Origin: a virus
Taxonomy: Duplodnaviria; Caudoviricetes
Virus record (IMG/VR): IMGVR_UViG_3300021540_000004
Span: 32,001-96,000 of that record
DNA: 64,000 nt
Reading direction: 5' to 3' (one strand)
Below, piece by piece: positions 47,983 to 58,300 of this stretch (within the stretch, counting starts at the first letter, position 1; the number at the start of each line of letters is the position of its first letter). A model generated the notes under the pieces. That model worked only from the letters and a program-made list of their open reading frames with translations. It ran no database searches and was not told the origin of the DNA. The translations under genes were made by a program, and so were the position numbers.

Positions 47983-49128
47983 TTATTCGCTTCCGCTGTT
48001 TGTTTGACCGACAGTTACGGTTAAAACACCAGTGGTTGTGTTGAATGATACATCAATATCATCCGCTTCTAATTTACTGTCTAATTCATCAGTAACTGCT
48101 GAAGCTAATTTTGCACGAGTAACATTTGCATCTGCGATTTTAGCAGTAGTAACATTAGAGTCTGCAATTTTTGCAGTGGTAACATTTTCATCAGTAATTT
48201 TAGCAGTGGTAACTGCATTACTTGCTAATTCAGTTGAGGTTACTCCACCAGCTTTAATACTGAACTGATTATTACTGACAGTTAAAGTGGATTCATCAGC
48301 AGTGTAAGTATCGATTAAATCAGATACAAGAATGTAGATGTGTTCATCAGTACCGCTACTATCTTTGGTGTTGATTACGAAGTCTAAGTATTTATCTCCA
48401 ACTTCATAACCTGATACTGGAGTGTCTGCTTGTGCACAGGTTTCTAATGATGCGGATTTTACAAGGTAATCTTTAGGTATGTTGATTTTTGGGGATAAAG
48501 CTGTTCCACCTTGTTTTAATACATAGGTTGCAACATAACCTGATTCTGCAGTAGCTTGTTTTTCAACAGTTACTACACCACCAATATCTGCTAAAGATTG
48601 GTGTTGGGTTAAATAAGTGTTGGTGTCTATTGTACCATCGTTTTTAATTAATCCAGCAGTATCGGATTTTTGAACGTAATTGGTTAAACTTTGGTGTTCG
48701 GTTAAATAAGTGTTAGTATCGATTGTACCATCGTTTTTAACAAGACCTGCGGTTTGTGATTTGGAGATTTTATCATCTAAACTGTTTGCAACAAGTTTTT
48801 CAGATGGGTATTTGTCATCTGATAAAGGTGTACTCCAACCTGAGGTACTGGTTACTTTGTTGCTAGTGTTTTCTTTACCGGATATGTCTTGGTGTTGGGT
48901 TAAGAAAGCGTTGATACCGTCACCATCGTTGGTTAAATCACTGGTTTTTGTTGGTAAATCTGTAGTGTCTGCTTTTGCATTTAATAAGGTGTCTACTTCG
49001 GTTTCGGTGTAGTAGATGTCTCCGTGAGTGTGTCCTACATCGGATTTACCTGCTAATGCAGTGTCTATTTCGTCTTTGTCGTATACTATTCCTTTTAACC
49101 AGGTTAATAAATCTATTGTAAATGCCAT
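47983..49128 (-). CDS. Tail fibre/fibre-assembly protein
   Basis: LTWLKG anchor, YLT.HQ repeats, VTTAKIAD repeats, IPKDYLVKSAS module shared with 43515..45758. Confidence 0.7.
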   Translation of the reverse strand: MAFTIDLLTWLKGIVYDKDEIDTALAGKSDVGHTHGDIYYTETEVDTLLNAKADTTDLPTKTSDLTNDGDGINAFLTQHQDISGKENTSNKVTSTSGWSTPLSDDKYPSEKLVANSLDDKISKSQTAGLVKNDGTIDTNTYLTEHQSLTNYVQKSDTAGLIKNDGTIDTNTYLTQHQSLADIGGVVTVEKQATAESGYVATYVLKQGGTALSPKINIPKDYLVKSASLETCAQADTPVSGYEVGDKYLDFVINTKDSSGTDEHIYILVSDLIDTYTADESTLTVSNNQFSIKAGGVTSTELASNAVTTAKITDENVTTAKIADSNVTTAKIADANVTRAKLASAVTDELDSKLEADDIDVSFNTTTGVLTVTVGQTNSGSE

Positions 49129-49198
49129 AACTTTAATATTTTCTTATCTTTTATTGTTTTTTTGTTTTAATTTAGTTTTTTTTCTAAAAAAAATTTTT

Positions 49199-49804
49199 TT
49201 AGTTTCTTAATATTATAACTCCATCGACAAAAGAAACATCTTCTATTCTAATATAATCCTCAAGAGCTTCGTTTAAATCGTTACGTGATATGTATCCTTG
49301 AAGATATTCTTGAATCTGTTCTTCATCAAGGAAGGGTAATGAAATACTATTTAACAATTCACCATTACTGTATAGTAATAAGCTATTATTTTCGTATTCA
49401 ATGGAGTCGATTTTACTGTTTATTTGTTCGAGTGCTACTATGAAAGCATCACGTGATGCTTCACTGGTTGGTGTAATATCGGTTGTGTATCCTGAGCGTA
49501 TTAAAGGTATTGTAACCTCATTTGTAGTGATTAAATCACCACCATAGACTGTTATTTTAAACCATTTTCCTTGTAATACCTCCCATGGTACAATACAATC
49601 CCCTGAATTATTATTGCCTAATGGAATATTATAAGTATCTGTGGAGTTAGAGAATAATGCAAATTTTTCCACACCATCCCATAAACTGTCTTTAAATGTG
49701 AATTTACATTTTAATATATTATGGGACTTATTGACGATTGTGTGATGGTCTCTTCTTTTTAAGTATTGTCCATAAATATTAAATATTAATATCTCATTAC
49801 TCAT
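49199..49804 (-). CDS. BppU-like upper baseplate/fibre attachment protein
   Basis: CKFTF...WDG..K.A.F...C.VPWEVL...ITTN pattern; position. Confidence 0.55.
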   Translation of the reverse strand: MSNEILIFNIYGQYLKRRDHHTIVNKSHNILKCKFTFKDSLWDGVEKFALFSNSTDTYNIPLGNNNSGDCIVPWEVLQGKWFKITVYGGDLITTNEVTIPLIRSGYTTDITPTSEASRDAFIVALEQINSKIDSIEYENNSLLLYSNGELLNSISLPFLDEEQIQEYLQGYISRNDLNEALEDYIRIEDVSFVDGVIILRN

Positions 49805-50110
49805 TTTAGTTCCATTTTTTTCTTATTTTTTCTATAAATTAGTTTTTATATTATTGCTTGATTTTATTTTTTACATTTTATTTTTTTTTTGATTTAAATA
49901 GAATTAAAAATGTTATTTTAATACTATTCTTTTTAACGTTTGGTTTTTTGCTTCACGAATCATCCATTTACGATTGGTTAAATAACAGCAATGATTTAAA
50001 TCTTGATTGCAATTTAAAAATCTGTTTTCATGTTGATTGTAGATACATTCGCTACACAGGTCTGACATAACAAATCACCCCGAAGAAATAATTCATTAAA
50101 ATTTATATGA

Positions 50111-51100
50111 TTATGATACTACCAATAACTTATGATCAACAACCATATTCTTATCCTCATCACCATCAAGGAATGCAGATATGAAATACACACCAGGATC
50201 TAATTCAATTAACTTACCACTTGTTGTTCTTCCGTTTTTATCGGTTGTTCTATTATATGATACACCATTAATATACAATCGTATAACTCGGTTTGATTTA
50301 TCATATGATGAGTCATCACAATCTATTTGCGCATAAACATAATCCTGCCCACGTGAAACAACTAATTGAGTTCCATCAGCACCATCAAAGTTTCCATTAT
50401 GATATCTTAAGAATAAAATACGTATATCGTTTTTATCTATTTTTCCTTGTAATTCAACAACAGATTCTTGAAGGTTAGTGATTGCATTAACATAATCAGT
50501 TGTCATCAAACCGTTAGTGTTGGTGGTTGCTACAACATTTTTATCTGCTTTACTGTTTAAAGCAGTTACTATGGCTCGGTTTTCAACTGCATTAGTTGAT
50601 GAATCGCTTAATTCATCATCAATTACGTTTCTCGTTGCTTTTGTTTCTATTTCACTTAGTTTTTTATAATCTCCTTTAGTTAATAAACCATTACGATTAT
50701 TGTTCGCAGTTACATTATCTGCTTTACTATCCAATTTATTTTTAATTACTTTGTTTTGTACTGCATTGGTTGATGATGAGCTTAATGCGTCATCAATTTG
50801 ATTATATGTTGCACCATCTTCAATATTACTTAATTTAGTGTAATCCTCTTTTGCCATTAACCCATTTGCTTCATTGCTTACCAATACATTATCCGCTTTT
50901 CCTGCTAAAGCATTAGTGATTGCTTTGTTGGTTAATGGGTTGAGTGATGTAACGTCTGTTTGTGTATCAATAGGATGGGTATGGTTTACTTTTGCGAAAT
51001 TTGTGTTTATATAATTTTGTGTGTAGAAGTATTCTTCCATTAACACTTTTATATTACATATTATATCGTTTATGTTTTCTATTTCGTTTTGTATAGGCAT
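50111..51100 (-). CDS. Tail fibre-like protein with C-terminal Ig-like domain
   Basis: Repeated D..LS..STNAV.N..I...L..KAD and NGLM...DY.KL; INGVSYNRTTD. Confidence 0.65.
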   Translation of the reverse strand: MPIQNEIENINDIICNIKVLMEEYFYTQNYINTNFAKVNHTHPIDTQTDVTSLNPLTNKAITNALAGKADNVLVSNEANGLMAKEDYTKLSNIEDGATYNQIDDALSSSSTNAVQNKVIKNKLDSKADNVTANNNRNGLLTKGDYKKLSEIETKATRNVIDDELSDSSTNAVENRAIVTALNSKADKNVVATTNTNGLMTTDYVNAITNLQESVVELQGKIDKNDIRILFLRYHNGNFDGADGTQLVVSRGQDYVYAQIDCDDSSYDKSNRVIRLYINGVSYNRTTDKNGRTTSGKLIELDPGVYFISAFLDGDEDKNMVVDHKLLVVS

Positions 51101-51117
51101 AATTTTTTTCCTTTTAT

Positions 51118-51945
51118 TTATACTACTTCGATTATTTTCGCATCATTTGCTGGATATAAACCATCAAAACCTCTAATAAAAGCAGTTAACAAGTAATTTC
51201 CCCTTTCAAGATTTATTCCTAATTTACCTGTTTTTCCATTACTGTCTGTAGTACGAGCATAAGGTATACCATTAACCACTAATATTACTTGTTTTTCGCT
51301 TAAATCAACTCCATGTTTGTCACAGTATAATTTTGCATATATACCATTACCCGCACCATATTGTACTTGTATTTTTGTATCGTCTTCTTGTGCTTCATCA
51401 CTCCAACGACCAATTTTTATCCTCATACTGTTACGGTAATATGCTTCAGCTACACTATTAGCTGTTTCTTCCACTGTGGTTAATCTGTCATTTAAAACAT
51501 ATCCTTGGTGGCTTGATAATGCTTCACTAACATTTAAGTTTCTTGCATTTAAATCATCACGTACTTTCACATGGCCGTATTGGTCGCTTGTTCCTGCTCC
51601 ATATGTTGTGCTGATATTACTTTCATGTTTGTTAGGTGCGAATTGTCCTTTATGATCATGTTCTGCTGGTGCATAATAACTGGAATTGTGTCCGTCGAAT
51701 GTGTTTGCATTAACTGTTACGGATTGTTCTCCAAATACATTTTCTGTTAATGCAGTTAATAATTCGTTTTTATCAACATACGTGTCGTCCAGGTTTTCCA
51801 GTTTTGCTTCTAGTTCTTCTAGTCCATGTGCATCAGTTATTAGTATTCTGTCTATTATGTCTTCATCTTCATTGTAGACTTTTACTTCCGCACCGATTAT
51901 TTTTTTGTTTTTCTTGTAATAGCAGCTTACTTCAAAATCTGTCAA
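51118..51945 (-). CDS. Tail fibre-like protein with C-terminal Ig-like domain
   Basis: YGHVK, ALSSHQGYVLN, VNGIPYARTTDSNGKTG. Confidence 0.65.
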   Translation of the reverse strand: MTDFEVSCYYKKNKKIIGAEVKVYNEDEDIIDRILITDAHGLEELEAKLENLDDTYVDKNELLTALTENVFGEQSVTVNANTFDGHNSSYYAPAEHDHKGQFAPNKHESNISTTYGAGTSDQYGHVKVRDDLNARNLNVSEALSSHQGYVLNDRLTTVEETANSVAEAYYRNSMRIKIGRWSDEAQEDDTKIQVQYGAGNGIYAKLYCDKHGVDLSEKQVILVVNGIPYARTTDSNGKTGKLGINLERGNYLLTAFIRGFDGLYPANDAKIIEVV

Positions 51946-51994
51946 AACGTTAAATGTACTCCCTTAATATAAATTTTTTAAACTTGTCTTTTTT

Positions 51995-54346
51995 TTATGC
52001 TTTGTATTCAATCCAATTAGATGAAATATATGCTTGTTTAGCAGTGTTTGTTCTTGTAATATGATAACCTAATGTTAAAGCAGAATCATCTAGGTTTGGA
52101 GTGTAAACAATTCTCACATGATCACCTACTTCTAAAGTAGTTGTTTCATCATCGGTGTAAATAACATTAAAGGTTACTACTTTAGTAGTGTAATCAACAG
52201 TATATTCAACATCTTCTGTTAATTCAATGTTTTCTTCACTATCATCATCTTCATTGTTTTTAACAATTATTACTTTACGTATTGGGTCTACTGGTGCTGC
52301 TCTTAAGCTTAATTGTCTTGTTTCTATTTCCTCTTCAGTTATTATAAAGTCCTCTTGGAAATAATCTAATACAAGACCGTTTTGTGAACCGATTTCTTCA
52401 TTTGTTAAATTATCAAGGAACAATGGATTATAGGTTACTGTTAATGCACCTTTTTCCATTAGTGATAAAGCATTATCTGTGAATGTTAAAATATCACTAT
52501 TATAATCTGCTGTGAAATCATACCATTCACCGAAGTATATTGTTGAATTTTTGCTTGGTTGTAAGTATACTGATATTAACGGGTATGATGGGCTGCTTTT
52601 AAGTTTTATACTGGTGAAATAACCGATTATATATATTTGATCATCTTCCTGTAATGCTGATACTACTGATGGGTTATCGGTTAAGTATTTTTTAATAGCT
52701 GCTTCTGTTTTTCCTTTTACCTTGGTTTCATCAACATTTTTCAGGTTAGTATAATATATAAGGTCTGATGGTTGTATTATTATGAAATGTTCCATTACTT
52801 CACGTTCCCTTATTATTTCCACACTAGCTTCTACAGTTTCTTCGGTGGTGAATGGTGCTCTTATACGACCCCAAACATCAGCGCTAAGAATACCGGTTAA
52901 TGGTGGTTCGTAAGGGTGTGTTCGAATATACATTTCTTTTGGTAATGTAGTATTCAAATCTATACTTAAACTTTGTAAGAGTGGTGATTCTTTATTATCA
53001 TTAGTTAAAAGTACTGCTCTGACAAATAATGTGTGGCTGTATTCACCTGTGTTACTGTCTGGTTGGAAGTATAACCATTCTCCAGGATTAATATCATTCC
53101 ATGTATCATCTCCACCAGTTGTTGATACTTGATATTTAATATAGTAATCCTCTCCTGCTGTATCTCCTTTGTCTGATGCAGATAGTTTAACTGATTTGAT
53201 TGGATTAGAGTATATTGGTTTTAAATACATGTAGTATTCTTTACCAGTATCATATAATATTTCACATTCTGTTGTTTTTTCTTCTATGTGGCATTGGAAT
53301 GCGAAGTCTTGTGGTGCATATTTACCTGCATGATATTCTACTTCCTCACCTGTTTCTACATCATCTTTACCATATCGTATCCATGTATGGCCTGTGTTCC
53401 AGCTGTAGAATGCGTTTCCATCCTCATATACATCAGCGTGGCAGTGGCGGTTCCATCCTCCTACCCAGTAACAATTAGTTGGATGAGATAGTGGACTTAA
53501 TAGTACTATTGCGTATGTTTTTCCTTCGGTTACTGTGCATGGGTAGTCGAATGTTACACTGTATATTCCTGGGTCGGTGTTTGTGAATCTTACATCTTGT
53601 ACTGCTAGGTGAGGCCCTTCGCCTGTTCCTACTGGTACATATACACCATCCTGTAGTTCGGTTTTTCTTATTTCTACTCTTAATGGCATTCCTGTGTTGT
53701 TGGTGCCTTTAAGGTTTAATGTTACTGATTGTAATTGTCCAGAGCTTTTAGCCTTGAAAGTTTGTGCACGTGATATTCCAGGTATTTCTCCGTTGAATTT
53801 GTTTTCAAGCCAGTTAGGTCTTGTTTCGTAGGTTCTGTTTCTGTCAAAACCAACATACCAATACTCATTACATGTCATATCATCGGATATGATTTCATTA
53901 GTATTTGGGTCTCTTATTGTCCATGGGCTGAAATTTCTTGTGGTGTTCTTTTTGATGGTGGTTTTGCAGCTTTCACTTGTTGGTATTGCGAATTGTTTTA
54001 TGATGGTGTTTTCATCATCAATTTCTGAACGGAGTATTGCTGTTGTTTTAGATAAGTCAACTACACTAGTATCGGAGAAATCATAATTGTAGTTTTTATA
54101 AGTTTCAGTATCGAATTTTATTGTTCCGTCTGTTCCTACTTCGTATCCGAAACTTTTGTTTTTGTCTATCGGTACTGGTTTGAATCGTTTTCTTACTGCT
54201 GGAGGTGTTAAGTATTCAAGGCTGTCTACTTTCTTTTTTAACCACGCATCATTCATACAGAATTGTCTTAGCATTTCTTCTGTTACGTATTTTTGTTCTC
54301 CGAATGATGATAATCCTAAGTTTTTATATTTTTCTGGACAAGTCAT
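51995..54346 (-). CDS. Large virion structural protein (baseplate/tail)
   Basis: Beta-rich, AQTFKA...L.SV.L.L domain; lies in the tail operon. Confidence 0.55.
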   Translation of the reverse strand: MTCPEKYKNLGLSSFGEQKYVTEEMLRQFCMNDAWLKKKVDSLEYLTPPAVRKRFKPVPIDKNKSFGYEVGTDGTIKFDTETYKNYNYDFSDTSVVDLSKTTAILRSEIDDENTIIKQFAIPTSESCKTTIKKNTTRNFSPWTIRDPNTNEIISDDMTCNEYWYVGFDRNRTYETRPNWLENKFNGEIPGISRAQTFKAKSSGQLQSVTLNLKGTNNTGMPLRVEIRKTELQDGVYVPVGTGEGPHLAVQDVRFTNTDPGIYSVTFDYPCTVTEGKTYAIVLLSPLSHPTNCYWVGGWNRHCHADVYEDGNAFYSWNTGHTWIRYGKDDVETGEEVEYHAGKYAPQDFAFQCHIEEKTTECEILYDTGKEYYMYLKPIYSNPIKSVKLSASDKGDTAGEDYYIKYQVSTTGGDDTWNDINPGEWLYFQPDSNTGEYSHTLFVRAVLLTNDNKESPLLQSLSIDLNTTLPKEMYIRTHPYEPPLTGILSADVWGRIRAPFTTEETVEASVEIIREREVMEHFIIIQPSDLIYYTNLKNVDETKVKGKTEAAIKKYLTDNPSVVSALQEDDQIYIIGYFTSIKLKSSPSYPLISVYLQPSKNSTIYFGEWYDFTADYNSDILTFTDNALSLMEKGALTVTYNPLFLDNLTNEEIGSQNGLVLDYFQEDFIITEEEIETRQLSLRAAPVDPIRKVIIVKNNEDDDSEENIELTEDVEYTVDYTTKVVTFNVIYTDDETTTLEVGDHVRIVYTPNLDDSALTLGYHITRTNTAKQAYISSNWIEYKA

Positions 54347-54379
54347 AATCTTTTTTACTAATCTCTTATTTTTTTTGTT

Positions 54380-55063
54380 TTATTTTGTTTGTATTATAAT
54401 CTCGTTGTTATCAGGGTGTGTGTCGTCTGATGTACGGACATATAAGTTTTTGGTTGTAGTTTCATAGTAGTATGAACCTTTATTGTTTACTACTTCTTCT
54501 ATACTGTTTTTTCTTACATATCCGCTGTTGGTATTGTATTCTATTACTCCTGTTACTTTTGTTGGTTCATATACGTAGTACAGGTTTGTGTGTTGTGTGC
54601 TTTTTTTCCATTGTGTCCTTAAGCTTCCGGTGTCTAGGTGGAAGTTGTATGTTAGGTTTATTGTGGTGGTTAGTTCTCCGATTACGTCTTCGGATAAGGT
54701 GGTGTATAGGTCATGACTGATTAGTATTTTATCGTTGGCTACTCCTATTTCTGTGGTGTTTAGTATTTCTTTTGCGGTGAATGTTGCGGATAGTTCTAAT
54801 GTTTTTGTGTTTAGGTTTACATTGGTTTTGCATAGTTTTCTGCATGTTTCGGAACCTAGTGATTCATCTGTGATTAGTGGTCTTTTTGTTCCTTTGCCTA
54901 GTACTAGATATTTTAGTGGTTCGAATTCGTTGTCTATCCATCTGTGCATGAAGAATGATGCGCCGAATAATGTTATTAGGTTTTCACCGTATATTTTTAG
55001 TTTGGTGTTTATGAACATTGTGGTGATGGGTATTTCGAATGTGTAGGTTCCTTTTAGCTTCAT
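54380..55063 (-). CDS. Tail-fibre proximal (gpH N-terminal-like) protein
   Basis: NLIT..G, YLVLGKG....TD..L..E, TEIGV. Confidence 0.5.
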   Translation of the reverse strand: MKLKGTYTFEIPITTMFINTKLKIYGENLITLFGASFFMHRWIDNEFEPLKYLVLGKGTKRPLITDESLGSETCRKLCKTNVNLNTKTLELSATFTAKEILNTTEIGVANDKILISHDLYTTLSEDVIGELTTTINLTYNFHLDTGSLRTQWKKSTQHTNLYYVYEPTKVTGVIEYNTNSGYVRKNSIEEVVNNKGSYYYETTTKNLYVRTSDDTHPDNNEIIIQTK

Positions 55064-55104
55064 AACAAATTTTTATATTTTTCTTTTTATGTTTTTCCTC
55101 TTCT

Positions 55105-55377
55105 TTATATTAAGTTTATATTTTTAGTTTCTTTGCCAGTATCTATGGTTATTGTTGTGTGTAGTTGTATTCTGTTTCTTTTTTCTGATGGTTTATAATC
55201 CATGAGGTTTAGGTGTATTACTTTAGATAGGGGCATGTGGTTTTGTAGGCGTTCGTTTAGTTGTGTGGCCTTTTCTATTTTTATGTTGGATGGTACTAAT
55301 GAGGGTTTGAATGTTATGTCATAATCGTTTGGTGTCCAATTATGTTTGGTCCTCATTAGTTTGCAGTTTTTCACCAT
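55105..55377 (-). CDS. Small tail/baseplate protein
   Basis: ORF in tail operon. Confidence 0.45.
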   Translation of the reverse strand: MVKNCKLMRTKHNWTPNDYDITFKPSLVPSNIKIEKATQLNERLQNHMPLSKVIHLNLMDYKPSEKRNRIQLHTTITIDTGKETKNINLI

Positions 55378-55379
55378 GT

Positions 55380-58300
55380 TTATTGTTCCTCGTTTTCTTC
55401 AGGTTTTTCTTTTATTGTTATGTTTAGTGTTACTTGTTTTCTTCCATGGATTGTTGTTGCTGGTGAAACTATAAGAATCTTATAATTACCTGCATTTAAA
55501 CCAGTAGTTGCATCATAAAGCATTGTATATATTGAACAATCATTATAGATATTGGTCTCATAAGGTAATTCCACTATATTATTGTTACTATCATATACTG
55601 TTAGCTCTAGATTTTCATAGACTTCACTATAAATATCCTTTCCTTCATTGAAAGTATCATCTAAAACAGTAACAATAAACTCATCATCCTCATAAATATC
55701 CTCACTATAACCTTCACCAGTACCATAAGCATATAACTTAAGACTATCTTTAACAGTGACAGGTAAAGTAACTTCTTTATAATCAGTAATATCAGTAATA
55801 GGTGAAATAACTTTAACTTTATAATCTCCAGGAGTTAATAACATACTGGAAAGATAATGTACTGTGTAAACACGACTATCCAAGAACACATTATCCTCAT
55901 AATCCACATTCACAACATTATCCTCACTGTCATAAATATTGAATATTAAATTACTGAAAATATTACTGTACCTGGTTGTTTCCTGGAATTCAGAATCAAT
56001 GACTGTGATAATGAATTCTTCACCATAATTAACTTCACCAGTTTCATCTTCACTATCAATATAAATGTATAATTTAAGTGTATCATTTATAACTTTACAA
56101 TTATAACTGTATTCTGCTGAAGTGTAATTATTGGATTGATCATGAACTACACGAATACTATATTCACCTTCACCTAACTCGTTTAAGTAAGTGAAAGTGA
56201 AATCACCATTACTGTCTGGTGTTACAGTTTGTTTTAATTTGTTGTTGACATATAATTTAACTGATTCATTTATCTTTTCACCATCATCAGTTAGTAATGT
56301 TCCGTTCAAGTCGAAATTATTACCCAGGAAGTAAGATGTTTTAGGATTAAGTAATGTTAATACACTTGTTTCACGATTAACATCAACATTTATAGTACTT
56401 GACTCACAAGCATTAAATACATTATCACCATCATACTTTAACTGTAATGTATGTGGGCCTGCAGAATCACTTATAGTATGTGTTATACTGAATTTACCTT
56501 TATTATTAGTATTAGCTGTTTTAACTAATGTACCATCAACATATAAGTTTACTGGTTTGCTTTTTATTATAGTTTCCCTTGTGAGATTGTTTAAAAAACC
56601 AGTAATCGTGAATGGGTCAGTAAAAGTAATAGATGGTACACTAATATTATTCAAACTAGTATCTAGTTTTAATACTGTTAAAGTGAAACTATATTGGCTG
56701 TTTTTATAATAGCTATTACCATTATAATTTAATTTTATAGTATAAGTTCCTGCTTCCGGAACAGTTAAACTATTGAAAGTGCATTGACCATCACTAACTG
56801 TAGCATTATATTCTTGATTGTTGAATTTTAAAACTACATCACCATCAATCACATCATTCTCAAATTCATCTATTAAACTTAATGGTACGTTGAAAGTATT
56901 TACATCCCTGTATAATGATAAGCTATCATAGGTTTCTATTCTTGTTGCTGGAGGATAGAATACTATGCTGCAATCCTCAGTTACACCAGCATATTTTGTA
57001 TTACCATTATATGTTAGTTTTACTGTTAATGTGTTTAATCTTACACCATTGTTTTTAAGTACAGTACTGAATTCGCCTTTAATATTAGTGGTTGCTGTTT
57101 TCTCATTAAGTAATGTGTCTCCATCATACAATCCTAGTGTTACTTCTTCATTAGGTACTACAGAATCTTCAATATCTATGAGATAACCGGATACTGGTAT
57201 TTCTTCATATTTATAACTGTATCTTGGTTTTTCACTTATTACTTCATAATCAGTTATTGGTAATGGATTATCTACGAAATCCCTTATGAATACTATATTA
57301 CTATATACATCTTCATCTACAGTACTAATAGCTTGTAATACTATACCATGACAGTTATGTATTGCATTAGTGTTTATTGTGAAATCACACCATCCATCAT
57401 TACCTGTAGTGTAATTATCGGTGTGTTCACCAGAGTATGTGGACCATATATGGAATCCTGTATTTTTTAATGGATCTCCATTTTTATCACATGCATAAAC
57501 ATGGCATGGTATGTTTTGTGTGTCTGCTTCGAGTATTTTAACTTCTGGGTATAAGTATAAGTTGATGTCGCTTAATTCATCGTTTCTTATTCTTACATTG
57601 AAAATATTACTGTTGCATTCATCATAAATATCACTACCATTATAAGTTAATCTTAGGTAGTGTCTTCCTTCGGTGAGATTGTTTATGTTGAATGTTACTG
57701 TTCCATCATCTTCTCTACTATAACTCTGACTTAATAGAACATCACCATCATATAATTTTATTAATGCATTTTTAACTGGTCTTGATATTTCATCTATTAA
57801 TGTACCATATGCAACAATAGTTTCACTAGTGGAGTAATTTGTTTTATCAGTTAATAATACCATGCTGGTATGATATTTACGTACATTACATGTTAAACCG
57901 GTTACTGTTGATTCTACATAGGAATCTCCTTTAAACACTACTTTATATGTATGGTTTCCTAAAGGTGGTATATAGGTGAAATCATCATAAGCTTCAACTG
58001 TTTCTACAAGAACATCATCTTCATATAAGTATAATGAACCAGTTTCCACATCAATGTCATAATAATCTTTTAATGTATAATTTATTGGTAGTAGGTCGCC
58101 GATTAATATTTCATCTGTGGATATTTCTGCTTGTAATGTGGTTGGCATGTCTTCAACGGTGAATGATACATCTACAACATCACTGTTACAATAATTTACT
58201 GTTTCCGGGTGGTTTATACCATAAGTGAATGTTCCTTTTTTATTGAATCTTAAATCGAAACTGTATTCTCCTTGATTATCAGATTCAGTGGATTGTTTTA

